NCBI GenBank assembly: GCA_964567625.1
Contig: CAZMNK010000005.1
Coordinates: forward strand, 343-64,342
Source of the DNA: an uncultured Enterobacterales bacterium
GTDB taxonomy: Bacteria; Myxococcota_A; UBA796; CAJQPC01
Direction of reading: 5' to 3'
DNA length: 64,000 bases
Position 1 is the first letter of the stretch, and every line of letters starts with the position of its first letter. Made by a program: the position numbers and the translations under genes. The notes below the pieces were generated by a model, which saw nothing but the letters and a program-made list of their open reading frames with translations, was not told where the DNA came from and ran no database searches. This document shows, piece after piece, positions 47,360-56,069 of the stretch.

Positions 47360-48586
47360 CTACCGGATTCGCTCCAGGACTCCCAGCACCTCGTCGATGT
47401 CCGCCGCCGTGTGGGCCGCGTTGATCTGGAAGCGAATGGTCTGGTCTCCTTCGGGCACGACCGGGTAGTTCAGGCCGACCACCAGCACACCGTGCTCGGT
47501 GAAGCCCTGCACCATGCGCCGGGTCTTCTCGGTGTTTCGGACCATCAGTGGGGTCACAGGGTGTACACCGTCGATGGTCTCCAGCCCCAGGGCGTCGATT
47601 CCGCCCCGGAACTGCGCGATCCGGGCCTGGACGTGCCTCAATCGCTGTAGACCTTCCGCGGAGTCCGCGATGTCCACCGCGGCTTTGGCGGCTGCACAGT
47701 CCGCCGCGGAGAGCGGGTTGGTGTAGATGTAGGTGTCGGCTTTCTGGCGAATCGCCTCGATGACCTCTCCACTGGCTGCGACGAAACCGCCGTTGACGCC
47801 AAAGGCCTTGCCAAAGGTGCCCACATTGATGTCGACCGGGGCACCGGCGACCTCTTCCGTGCCTCTTCCCGTGGTGCCATAGGCCCCGATGCCATGGGAG
47901 TCGTCCACCACGGTGACCAGGCCTTCCTTGAACCGGTTGCGGTGGGGCTCGAGCACCGCGTTGATCTCGGGAATGAGGGCGTGATCTCCGCGCATGGAAA
48001 ACACCCCATCGAAGATGACGATGACTCGCTCGATGGTGTCGGGAATGTTCGCCACGCACTCGGCCAGGTGGGCCATGTCGTTGTGTCGGAAGATCGCCTT
48101 GTTCTCTCGCGGCACGTTGGCGATGCGCATCGCCCGGATGATGCAGTTGTGGTTCAGGGCATCGCCGACCCAGAAGGTCTTCTTGTTCTGCAGGGTCAGG
48201 GCCAGTCCCAGGTTGGCGGTGTAGGCCGAGTTGAAGATCTTGGCGGCGGGCCTTCCCAGGAATGCGGCGATCCGCTCCTCCAGATCCACGTGGGAAGAAA
48301 ACGTGCCGTCGATGAAGCGCACAGCGCCGGGGCCGGCGCCGAAACGATGGGTTGCCTCGTCGGCGGCGTGCATCACGTCGGGGTGGTGGGACAGCGACAG
48401 GTAGCTGTTGCTGTTCATCCGGATGAAGGGCTGGTCCCCGAAACCAGCCAGCTTGTAGCGGGGCCCTCGGTCGCCCGTGGGGGCCAGGTAGTCCACGATG
48501 ACCCGCTCAGGGGCCTTGGCGCGGCCCTCCGCGTGCAGGGCTTCGATGTCTCGGGTCAGGCCGGCATTGAGCCGCGCGAGGGACAT
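47360..48586 (-). CDS. PLP-dependent alpha-oxoamine synthase family acyltransferase (Kbl/BioF/SPT family; substrate not assignable)
   Basis: 408 aa. NSNSYLSLSHHP, GAGPGAVRFIDGT, DDSHGIG, PLP-lysine context VGTFGKAFG. Overall layout resembles Kbl / Thermus AONS as remembered. Confidence 0.85.
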   Translation of the reverse strand: MSLARLNAGLTRDIEALHAEGRAKAPERVIVDYLAPTGDRGPRYKLAGFGDQPFIRMNSNSYLSLSHHPDVMHAADEATHRFGAGPGAVRFIDGTFSSHVDLEERIAAFLGRPAAKIFNSAYTANLGLALTLQNKKTFWVGDALNHNCIIRAMRIANVPRENKAIFRHNDMAHLAECVANIPDTIERVIVIFDGVFSMRGDHALIPEINAVLEPHRNRFKEGLVTVVDDSHGIGAYGTTGRGTEEVAGAPVDINVGTFGKAFGVNGGFVAASGEVIEAIRQKADTYIYTNPLSAADCAAAKAAVDIADSAEGLQRLRHVQARIAQFRGGIDALGLETIDGVHPVTPLMVRNTEKTRRMVQGFTEHGVLVVGLNYPVVPEGDQTIRFQINAAHTAADIDEVLGVLERIR

Positions 48587-48634
48587 GTCTCCTCCGGGTC
48601 GTGGCCAGCACTCTATCGCCCGGGGGCGACGGGG

Positions 48635-49222
48635 TCAGCCCGTTCGCACCCGACCCGCAGTGGCGTCGCTCAGAGCCTGGCCCAGCTCGCTGGCCTCGGC
48701 TGCGGGAACCCGGAGAGTCAGTCGGATCTCGGCGCCGTAGTCGGCATCTGTGACCATGGCGCCTGCCGCCTCCAGTACGCCTGTGACCACTCCCTGGTCC
48801 CCATAGCCATGGCGAACCTCCAGGGTGACCGTGGGCACACTGGGCACAGAGGTCGCCCTGGCCAGGGCCTCGCCAGCGGTTCGCCCATAGGCGCGAACCA
48901 GGCCTCCGACGCCCAGCTTGGTGCCGCCGAACCACCGGCTGACGACGACCAGCACATGCACCCAGTCCCCCCCTTCGAGCCGGGCCAGGATTGGCCGCCC
49001 TGCGGATCCGCTGGGCTCCCCGTCGTCGGAACTGCGCACGGTCCCATCTCCCAGGCGGTAGGCCCAGCAGTGGTGGGTGGCGTCCGGGTCGGTGACCTGG
49101 ATGTCGGCGATGGCCTGGGTGGCGTCCTGGGCGGTCTCCACAGGGATCACGGTCGCCCGAAAACGAGAACCCTTGATGGGATCAGCGTGGTGGACATGGA
49201 GCCCGGTGAGGGTGAGGGGCAT
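48635..49222 (-). CDS. yigZ: YigZ / IMPACT family protein
   Basis: 195 aa. IKGSRFRATV...DATHHCWAYRLG...SSDDGEPSGSAGRPIL. Confidence 0.85.
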   Translation of the reverse strand: MPLTLTGLHVHHADPIKGSRFRATVIPVETAQDATQAIADIQVTDPDATHHCWAYRLGDGTVRSSDDGEPSGSAGRPILARLEGGDWVHVLVVVSRWFGGTKLGVGGLVRAYGRTAGEALARATSVPSVPTVTLEVRHGYGDQGVVTGVLEAAGAMVTDADYGAEIRLTLRVPAAEASELGQALSDATAGRVRTG

Positions 49223-49228
49223 CGGCCC

Positions 49229-51217
49229 TCACAGTCCCCGGCGGAAGAGACCTTCTCCCCGGAGAGCGGCCCAGGCCGCGCCGCCATCGGCGCTGATCGC
49301 CAGGGCTGCCAGGTACTGGTCTTCCAGGGTCTTGAAGGCTTCCAGGTCCTGGTCCCAGGCCGTCCAGGACGTGCCCCGGTCATCGCTTCGGACCAGGCCG
49401 TCCAGCTGATCCAGGGCGAGGACGGTGTCCCCGAAACAGGCCACAGCCAGGGTCTGGTGTTCGCTTGCCCAGGTCGTCTCCCAGGTCTGGCCGGCGTCGT
49501 CGCTGGCCAGTACCCCGGTGGTTGTCGCCGCGTGGATTCGGCCATCACATTCGACGAATCCGGCGACGTCCTCGACACCGTCCAGGGGGATCGCTGACCA
49601 GGATCGGCCCCCGTCCGTGCTGCGGAACATCCCGATACCCGGGTTGCCGTTGTGGGCGATGTCGCCGCCACGGAAGCTCCCCATCAGGACCACGTCCTCG
49701 GTCGACCGGGCGAAGTGGAGGGCGTGTACCGAGTATTCTCCGTCGGGCAGGCCTTCACTGGAGTCCTTCCAGCGCACGCCGTCGTCGTCGGTCCGGTAGA
49801 CCCGGGGCCGGCTGTCTCGGAAGGTGCCCGAAGCCACCGATCCGATCAGCACCGTTCCCGGGTGGTGGGGGTCCAGGTCCAGGCCGTGGAAGTGGACGTG
49901 GAGCGAATCCGGGACGGCGATCTCCCAGGTGGCTCCCAGGTCTCTGCTGCGGTTCACCCGGTCATCGCTGGTGACCCAGAGGCTGTAGGGGTCGTGGGGG
50001 TCTTGCCTGGCGACCATCACGTAGTGCATGTAGATCGAGGCCATCTGGAGACTGTTCCCGGCGTCCGTCGAGAGGTAGGCACCGCCCTCGCACTGGGTGC
50101 CGACGAAGACCAGGTCCGAACACTGGTCGTGGGCGAGCAGCACCGCAAGGTCATCGTCCACCAGTCCGTCCTGGCTCGCGGACCAGGTGAGTCCGCCATC
50201 CTGGGACCGGAGAATGCCCTGCTCGTGGCCCATCAGCACCGTGTCATCGAACAGGGTGTGGGCGGACAGGGCCTGGCTGTTGGAGAGATCCGCCACAGCC
50301 CAGGGATTCAGGGTCCCCCCCTCGTACCGCCAGATCGCCTTCTCGGTGAACAAGAGCACGCTTCCGTCCTCCTGTCCCGCACTCGCCACGAACCGGTTTC
50401 CGTCGTGGCTGTGTCTCACAAAGGTCGCCCCGCCGTCCTCGCTGAAATGGAAGCCGTCGTTGTCCGCGTACCAGGCCCGGGTCTCGTCCATGCCCAGGGA
50501 GGCCGCCTCGACCTGGCGCATCCCGCTCACATCTTCCCAGGTCTCCCCCCCGTCGAAGGAGCGCCAGACGCCGAACCTGTGGCGGGCGGCCAGCACCGTG
50601 TCGCCCTGGGCTTCCAGTCGCCACCAGTTGTTGTCCGGCTCGTAGTAGGTCGCGTGTCGCGTGGCATCGATCGCCTCGCCTTCCTCGAAGGTGAGCCCCT
50701 GGTCCGTCGAACGAAAGACCTGGCCCGAGGCATCCACGGCCAGGAGATCCGAACCCACCCAGGCGAGCCCCTTGATGTAGCGCTGGTTGTCCTGGCGGTC
50801 GCCGATCCCGGTTCCCTGCCAGGAATCCCCCCCGTCTTCAGACCGGTAGAGCTCCCCCACCGAGTGGAAGACCAGGTCCGGGTCGTCGTTGCTGGCGAGA
50901 GGCTGGGCCAGCACATGGGTGATGATCGCGTTCATCGAGGTCCATGTGTGTCCGCCGTCATCGGAACGGAACGGGCCGTTGACCGTGGACATCGCGTACA
51001 CCCGGTCAGGATCCGCATCGGAAGTGGCAAAGGCGATCACGTCACCGGCAGAGGCCAGGGGCAAGGCCTCCCAGTCCTCGGTGATCACCGGTGCGGGGTC
51101 GGGGACGGGACAGTCGGCCAGGACCGGTTCGGTGGAGGTCTGGGAGGGGCCGGAGTCCCCGGTGTCGCTCGTGCCCGTGTCGGTGCACGCCAGGGACAAC
51201 AACCAGACAGCGATCAT
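49229..51217 (-). CDS. Lipoprotein with about 13 BNR/Asp-box repeats (double beta-propeller, sortilin/GH74-like)
   Basis: Start at ATG 51217 gives the leader MIAVWLLSLAC. Asp-boxes SDDGGHTW, SEDGGDSW, SFDGGETW, SQDGGLTW, SRDLGATW, STDGGRSW, SDDAGQTW, SDDRGTSW and others. Confidence 0.8.
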   Translation of the reverse strand: MIAVWLLSLACTDTGTSDTGDSGPSQTSTEPVLADCPVPDPAPVITEDWEALPLASAGDVIAFATSDADPDRVYAMSTVNGPFRSDDGGHTWTSMNAIITHVLAQPLASNDDPDLVFHSVGELYRSEDGGDSWQGTGIGDRQDNQRYIKGLAWVGSDLLAVDASGQVFRSTDQGLTFEEGEAIDATRHATYYEPDNNWWRLEAQGDTVLAARHRFGVWRSFDGGETWEDVSGMRQVEAASLGMDETRAWYADNDGFHFSEDGGATFVRHSHDGNRFVASAGQEDGSVLLFTEKAIWRYEGGTLNPWAVADLSNSQALSAHTLFDDTVLMGHEQGILRSQDGGLTWSASQDGLVDDDLAVLLAHDQCSDLVFVGTQCEGGAYLSTDAGNSLQMASIYMHYVMVARQDPHDPYSLWVTSDDRVNRSRDLGATWEIAVPDSLHVHFHGLDLDPHHPGTVLIGSVASGTFRDSRPRVYRTDDDGVRWKDSSEGLPDGEYSVHALHFARSTEDVVLMGSFRGGDIAHNGNPGIGMFRSTDGGRSWSAIPLDGVEDVAGFVECDGRIHAATTTGVLASDDAGQTWETTWASEHQTLAVACFGDTVLALDQLDGLVRSDDRGTSWTAWDQDLEAFKTLEDQYLAALAISADGGAAWAALRGEGLFRRGL

Positions 51218-51277
51218 CGGGATCCTCGATGGAAGGGACGCATGATGACACACCACCTCGACCGCCGCGATTCGGCT

Positions 51278-53203
51278 CTAGCAGCCGTCGTTGGCCCCGC
51301 CGGGGGTGCCCAGATCCCCGTCGCCATAGGGGCTGGTTCCCTCGCACCAGTTGCCGCTGTCGTCGTTCTGCTCGGCGGTCAGGGCCGAGGGGTCCAGGCT
51401 GATGCTGGCACCGACCGGGTCCGGCCAGGTCTCGCCGTCGTCATAGACCACCCGGTCGATCTCCACGCCGCCGTGCAACAGGACCAGCTCGTCGTCGCCG
51501 TTGGCCAGCTGCATGCCGGTTGCGTAGCCATGATCGGCGAGCACACCGCCATTGGAAGAGGTGTCGGCGTCCCTGGCAAAGACGGCGAAGCTTCCCGCAG
51601 GCACCAGTACAGTGGTCTCACTGGGCAGCACAAACCAGTCGGTTCCGTCGTCAGCAAAGGCCCAGTCGCTGCAGATTCGAATGTCGGTGGTGGTGGTGTT
51701 GTAGACCTCAAACCACTCCCCACTGCTGTCGCTGACCAGGGTGGGATCCTTCATCATCTCGGTCACGATCAACTCACCCGTCGCGATCAGTCCTTCGTCA
51801 CAGGCCCCATTGCAGTCGTTGTCGAGACCGTCGCGAACCTCGGTGGCACCGGGACTGATGGTGTTGTCGCCGTCGTCGCAGTCCGAGCCCCCCTGCTCGA
51901 TGGCGTCGTGACCGTCCCCGTCGGCATCGTTGTCGCTCCAGTCGTCGCAGTCGGTGTCGACACCGTCGTACCAGCTCTCCGTGGCGCCAGGATGGACCCA
52001 GGGATCGCTGTCATTGCAGTCGTCGCCCCCGTGATCCTCGCTGTCGTAGGTGTCGCCATCCGCGTCCAGATCGCTGTCGCCGGCGCAGTCCTGGTCGATG
52101 CCGTCGTACCAGGTCTCCGTGGCCCCCGGGTAGACGGTGGCGTCGTCGTCGTCGCAGTCGATGCCGCCGCTCTCGGTCCCGGTATAGCCGTCGTTGTCGT
52201 GGTCGGTCTCGTCGGAACCATCGCAGTCCTGGTCGATGCCGTCGTGGGCGATCTCGGGTGCGCCCGGGTGTACGGAGAGCTCGTTGTCGTCGCAGTCGCC
52301 GTCGACCTCGGTGAAGCCGTCCCCATCATCGTCGTAGAGCGCCGTGCCCTCGTCGACCCGCTCGTCACAGTCGTTGTCCGTGCCGTCGGCCGCCTCGTCG
52401 GCCTCTGGAAAGGCTGTCTCGTCGTTGTCGTCGCAGTCACCCGTGCAACTGGAGAACCCATCCAGGTCCTCGTCCAGGCAGGGGTCGACGATCACGGTGG
52501 CTTCACAGCGTTGCAGCTTTCCGCGAGGGTCCGTCACCGTGAGGATCAGCGCATGGGTGCCATCCAGTGCGGGTGTCCAGTGTGGGGTCACCCCGCCGGC
52601 GCTGTCGGGTTGTCCCGACCAGATCTCCCCGTCCAGGTTGCTCTCCAGGGTCACGGTCAACTCGGTCTGATCGACCTCGGCATCCCCGACGCTGGCCTCG
52701 ATTGCCAGGGATTCGCCCAGAGCCATTTCGTGGCCATCCTGGGGGAAATCCAGTTCACACCAGGGGGCGGAGTTCGTGTCTGCGACCAGGTGCAGGGAGG
52801 CCTGGCCCGCGCGGCCCCGGGTGTCGATGGCGGTCAGCAGCAGGTCGTGATCCCCGTCGGTCAGGGCTTCCAGCAGCCCCAGGTTTCCACCTGCACAGGG
52901 ACTCCAGCCCTCGTCCTGGGTCCAGAGAATGTCGTCGACGCTGCTGCTCAGGCTGATCTCGAGCACATCGACACTGTCTTCGTCGGAGACCTGGGCGCAC
53001 AGGTTGAAGGCCTCGTCGGGCTGGAAGGAGGCCCCGTCCACAGGGCTGACCCAGGTGACCTGGGGCGGTTCGTCCGTGGAGGAGACCGTCGCATCCAGGC
53101 AGGCGATGAAGAAGGCGTACAGGAGCACGAATCCGACCCTATCCCCCGATACGGGGGGTCGGCCCGTGGAGGCCACGGATCCCCAACGGGTCCCCGGGGA
53201 CAC
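51278..53203 (-). CDS. Secreted/lipoprotein with Ig-like N-terminal modules, five MopE-type Cys/Asp repeats and a C-terminal lamin-tail domain (LTD)
   Basis: About 641 aa. GTG start at 53203 is uncertain; a leader-like RVGFVLLYAFFIAC is present. Repeats such as DCDDDDATVYPGATETWYDGIDQDCAGDSDLDADGD. LTD-like GELIVTEMMKDPTLVSDSSGEWFEVYNTTTTDI. Confidence 0.72.
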   Translation of the reverse strand: MSPGTRWGSVASTGRPPVSGDRVGFVLLYAFFIACLDATVSSTDEPPQVTWVSPVDGASFQPDEAFNLCAQVSDEDSVDVLEISLSSSVDDILWTQDEGWSPCAGGNLGLLEALTDGDHDLLLTAIDTRGRAGQASLHLVADTNSAPWCELDFPQDGHEMALGESLAIEASVGDAEVDQTELTVTLESNLDGEIWSGQPDSAGGVTPHWTPALDGTHALILTVTDPRGKLQRCEATVIVDPCLDEDLDGFSSCTGDCDDNDETAFPEADEAADGTDNDCDERVDEGTALYDDDGDGFTEVDGDCDDNELSVHPGAPEIAHDGIDQDCDGSDETDHDNDGYTGTESGGIDCDDDDATVYPGATETWYDGIDQDCAGDSDLDADGDTYDSEDHGGDDCNDSDPWVHPGATESWYDGVDTDCDDWSDNDADGDGHDAIEQGGSDCDDGDNTISPGATEVRDGLDNDCNGACDEGLIATGELIVTEMMKDPTLVSDSSGEWFEVYNTTTTDIRICSDWAFADDGTDWFVLPSETTVLVPAGSFAVFARDADTSSNGGVLADHGYATGMQLANGDDELVLLHGGVEIDRVVYDDGETWPDPVGASISLDPSALTAEQNDDSGNWCEGTSPYGDGDLGTPGGANDGC

Positions 53204-53261
53204 CTCATCGGTGAGAGCCCTTGTCCACGGGATCAGAACCCGCTAAGGCCAGGAAGCTGCA

Positions 53262-53627
53262 ATGGCTCCTTCCCCCTGGCTGCTGATCCTGGCCTTTTGG
53301 GCTCTGAGCGCGTTGATTGCGTTCGGAACTCTGCTCGCCTCGTGGGCCTTGCGTGTTCGTGCCAGGGAGAACCTGCCCACCAAGGGCCTGACCTATGAGT
53401 GTGGCGAGGAGCCGGATGGCCTGGCCTGGCTGCGTTTCCACCCGCGCTACTACGTGGTTGCACTGATCTTTGTGCTCTTCGACGTCGAGGCGGCTTTTCT
53501 GTTCCCCTGGGCCCTGAACCTGGAATCCCTCGGCACCCTGGCCCTGCTGGAGATGGGGGCCTTCCTGGGCATCCTGACCCTGGGTTGGGTCTATGCCTTG
53601 CGGAAGGGGGCGCTGAAGTGGCAGTAG
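53262..53627 (+). CDS. nuoA: NADH-quinone oxidoreductase subunit A
   Basis: 121 aa. TYECGEEP motif and three TM segments. Confidence 0.9.
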   Translation: MAPSPWLLILAFWALSALIAFGTLLASWALRVRARENLPTKGLTYECGEEPDGLAWLRFHPRYYVVALIFVLFDVEAAFLFPWALNLESLGTLALLEMGAFLGILTLGWVYALRKGALKWQ

Positions 53628-54301
53628 ACGAGTCTGGACGGAACTACACCCACCCCATCTACGGCTACGCCGAGTCGTTGCCGGGGGCGGATCTCCTGCT
53701 GACCAAGGCCGATGAGTTCCTGACCTGGGGACTGAAGAACGCTCTATGGGTCTTCCCGATGGCCACCAGCTGCTGTGGCATCGAGTTCATGGCCACCGCC
53801 TGCAGTCGCTTCGACATGGATCGGATCGGATCCATTGCCCGGGGCTCTCCGCGCCAGTGTGACGTCATGATCATCGCCGGAACCATCACGGTGAAGATGG
53901 CGCCCCGGGTGAAGAAGCTCTGGGACCAGATGCCCGAACCCAAGTGGGCCATCGCCATGGGTTCTTGCGCGATCTCCGGCGACTTCTACCGGGACATCTA
54001 CAGCGTGGTTCCCGGGGTCGACACCTTCATGCCCATCGATGTCTACGTCCCTGGCTGTCCGCCGAACCCGGATGATCTCTTGATGGGCATGCGTCGTTTG
54101 CAGGAAAAAATCACCCGGGTGCGGGATGGGACCTGGGTGGAGCCCGAGCTGGCACCGGACACCCCGGGCTTCCGTCGTCCCGCCATCGGGCGTCTGCAGG
54201 ATCCGGACAGGGACCCACGAACCAGCCAGGACCAGCTGGACCGCGTGCTGGGCATGGGGCTCAATGGCGAGGCTGTTCGCCCGGCGGAGAAGGGCGAATG
54301 A
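53618..54301 (+). CDS. nuoB: NADH-quinone oxidoreductase subunit B (N2 cluster subunit) with C-terminal extension
   Basis: GTG 53618 overlaps the nuoA 3' end and has an upstream GGAAGGGGG. Motifs [33 protein letters not shown]. Confidence 0.88.
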   Translation: MAVDESGRNYTHPIYGYAESLPGADLLLTKADEFLTWGLKNALWVFPMATSCCGIEFMATACSRFDMDRIGSIARGSPRQCDVMIIAGTITVKMAPRVKKLWDQMPEPKWAIAMGSCAISGDFYRDIYSVVPGVDTFMPIDVYVPGCPPNPDDLLMGMRRLQEKITRVRDGTWVEPELAPDTPGFRRPAIGRLQDPDRDPRTSQDQLDRVLGMGLNGEAVRPAEKGE

Positions 54302-54810
54302 ACACGGACACCGCTGCCTGGGTGGCCGAGCGCTTCGGCTGGGAAACCACGGATCCCGAGCTGGGCCCCGAGGTGCCAGCGGAGCAGTTGGTGGCGTTGG
54401 CCCGGGCGTTGAAGGAGGAGGGCGACTTCCGCTACCTCTGCTACTGCGTGGCTGCGCACTACCCGGCTGAAGAACCTCCGCCACCGCCCGAGGTCCCCGA
54501 AGGGGAGGAGGCGCCCGAACCGGTTCCCGGAAAGCCGGACCGTGTCCTGGTGACCTACCGGGTCCGTCGGCTGGGGGCTGGCACCACGACCTTCGGCTTC
54601 CACCTGTGGGTACCCACCGACGGGACCTGTCCCTCCCTGGCCGGGATCTGGGCGGGGGCCGACTGGCAGGAACGGGAGCAGTACGACCTGGTGGGCGTGC
54701 GCTTCGAGGGACACCCGGATCTCCGTCGGATCATGATGGACGAGGACTGGCCGGGACACCCGCTGCGGCGGGACTATGCCATCGACACGAGGCACCACCC
54801 GTGGCGGTAG
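54298..54810 (+). CDS. nuoC: NADH-quinone oxidoreductase subunit C
   Basis: 170 aa, ATGA overlap with nuo[24 protein letters not shown] signature. Contains a Pro/Glu-rich insert. Confidence 0.85.
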   Translation: MNTDTAAWVAERFGWETTDPELGPEVPAEQLVALARALKEEGDFRYLCYCVAAHYPAEEPPPPPEVPEGEEAPEPVPGKPDRVLVTYRVRRLGAGTTTFGFHLWVPTDGTCPSLAGIWAGADWQEREQYDLVGVRFEGHPDLRRIMMDEDWPGHPLRRDYAIDTRHHPWR

Positions 54811-54827
54811 CTCGCCCGGCCCCGGCC

Positions 54828-56069
54828 GTGCCTGCCCCGACCACCCGGCGGGTCGGTGGGCTGGACGTTCCGGTCAGCTTGATCCGGCCCGGGTGGGCGA
54901 ATCCCTACCTGGACCTGGACGACTACGACGCCGAGTCGGACGTGATGGCCCTGAACCTGGGCCCACAGCACCCATCGACCCACGGGGTCCTGCGGGTCAA
55001 GCTGTACATGGACGGCGAGATCTGCGTGAAGGCTGTGCCGTACCTGGGGTACCTGCACCGCGGGGTCGAGAAACTCTGCGAGAAGCTCACCTACGCCAAC
55101 GTCACGCCCATCGTCGACAAGAACGACTACGTCTCGCCGATGATGAACGAGCTGGCGATCAACATGACCTTCGAGAAGCTCATGGGGTGCGAGCCGCCCC
55201 CGCGGGCCCAGGTCATGCGAACGATCACCGCTGAACTCCAACGGGTGGCCAGCCACCTGCTCTGGATCGGCACCTTCTGCCTGGACATCGGTGGTGCCAT
55301 CGGAGGCGGTGCCAGTGCCTTCATGCACACCTTTCGGGAGCGGGAACTGATCCTGGAGGTCTTCGAGGAACTGACGGGCTGTCGCTTTCACTACAACCAC
55401 CACACGGTGGGCGGACAGCGCCACGACATTCCGGCCGGTTGGGATGTGCTCGTGAAGAAGACCCTCGACGAGATCGAGGGCCGGATCCACGAGTACGAGG
55501 ACATGTTGACCGAGAACACGGTCTTTCGAGCCAGGACCATCGGGGTCGGGGTGATCGACCCGGTTCTGGCCATGGAGTGTGGGGTCTCGGGGCCGATCCT
55601 GCGGGCCAGCGGCGGCGATCATGACCTGCGAAGGGATGCGCCCTACGCGGCCTATGACCGGGTCGAGATCAATGTTCCCGTACGGACCGAGGGGGACATC
55701 TACGCCCGCTACCAGGTTCGCCTGGCGGAGTTGCGGGAGTCCATTCGCATCGTGCGTTGCCTGATCGATGACATCCCGCCAGGACCGATCTGTGCGCTCA
55801 AGGCGGTCAAGCTCCCGGGGGCGGTCAAGCCACCGCCGGGATTCGCCTACACCGCCATCGAGTCCCCCAGGGGCGAGCTCGGAACCTTCGTGATCGCCGG
55901 TCCGGGCAAGCGTGGGCGCGGGGACCCGAGCCCCTATCGGTGCAAGATCAGGCCACCGAGCTACCACGTGCTCTCGCTATTGCCCTACATTGCGCCCGGG
56001 GAGAACCTGAGCGACATCATCGCGATCCTGGGGTCCCTGGACCCGATCATGGGCGAGGCGGATCGATGA
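54828..56069 (+). CDS. nuoD: NADH-quinone oxidoreductase subunit D
   Basis: MALNLGPQHPSTHGVLRV...GYLHRGVEKL. Start is uncertain (GTG 54828, TTG 54879 or ATG 54945); the ORF-track start 54606 lies inside nuoC. Confidence 0.88.
   Translation: MPAPTTRRVGGLDVPVSLIRPGWANPYLDLDDYDAESDVMALNLGPQHPSTHGVLRVKLYMDGEICVKAVPYLGYLHRGVEKLCEKLTYANVTPIVDKNDYVSPMMNELAINMTFEKLMGCEPPPRAQVMRTITAELQRVASHLLWIGTFCLDIGGAIGGGASAFMHTFRERELILEVFEELTGCRFHYNHHTVGGQRHDIPAGWDVLVKKTLDEIEGRIHEYEDMLTENTVFRARTIGVGVIDPVLAMECGVSGPILRASGGDHDLRRDAPYAAYDRVEINVPVRTEGDIYARYQVRLAELRESIRIVRCLIDDIPPGPICALKAVKLPGAVKPPPGFAYTAIESPRGELGTFVIAGPGKRGRGDPSPYRCKIRPPSYHVLSLLPYIAPGENLSDIIAILGSLDPIMGEADR

Noticed and set aside
47360-48586. Assigning the alpha-oxoamine synthase specifically as Kbl, BioF or serine palmitoyltransferase
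   Set aside because: The family is clear, but substrate specificity cannot be read from motifs by eye. No tdh, bio or ceramide-synthesis genes are adjacent. A gene symbol is therefore withheld.
49652-53398. 1248-aa ORF on the + strand spanning two minus-strand genes and their intergenic gap; the longest ORF in the window
   Set aside because: The translation is low-complexity G/V/D/A/P/R-rich, typical of an antisense shadow ORF in GC-rich DNA. The opposite strand encodes proteins with strong independent motifs (13 Asp-boxes, MopE repeats, LTD, lipobox leaders).
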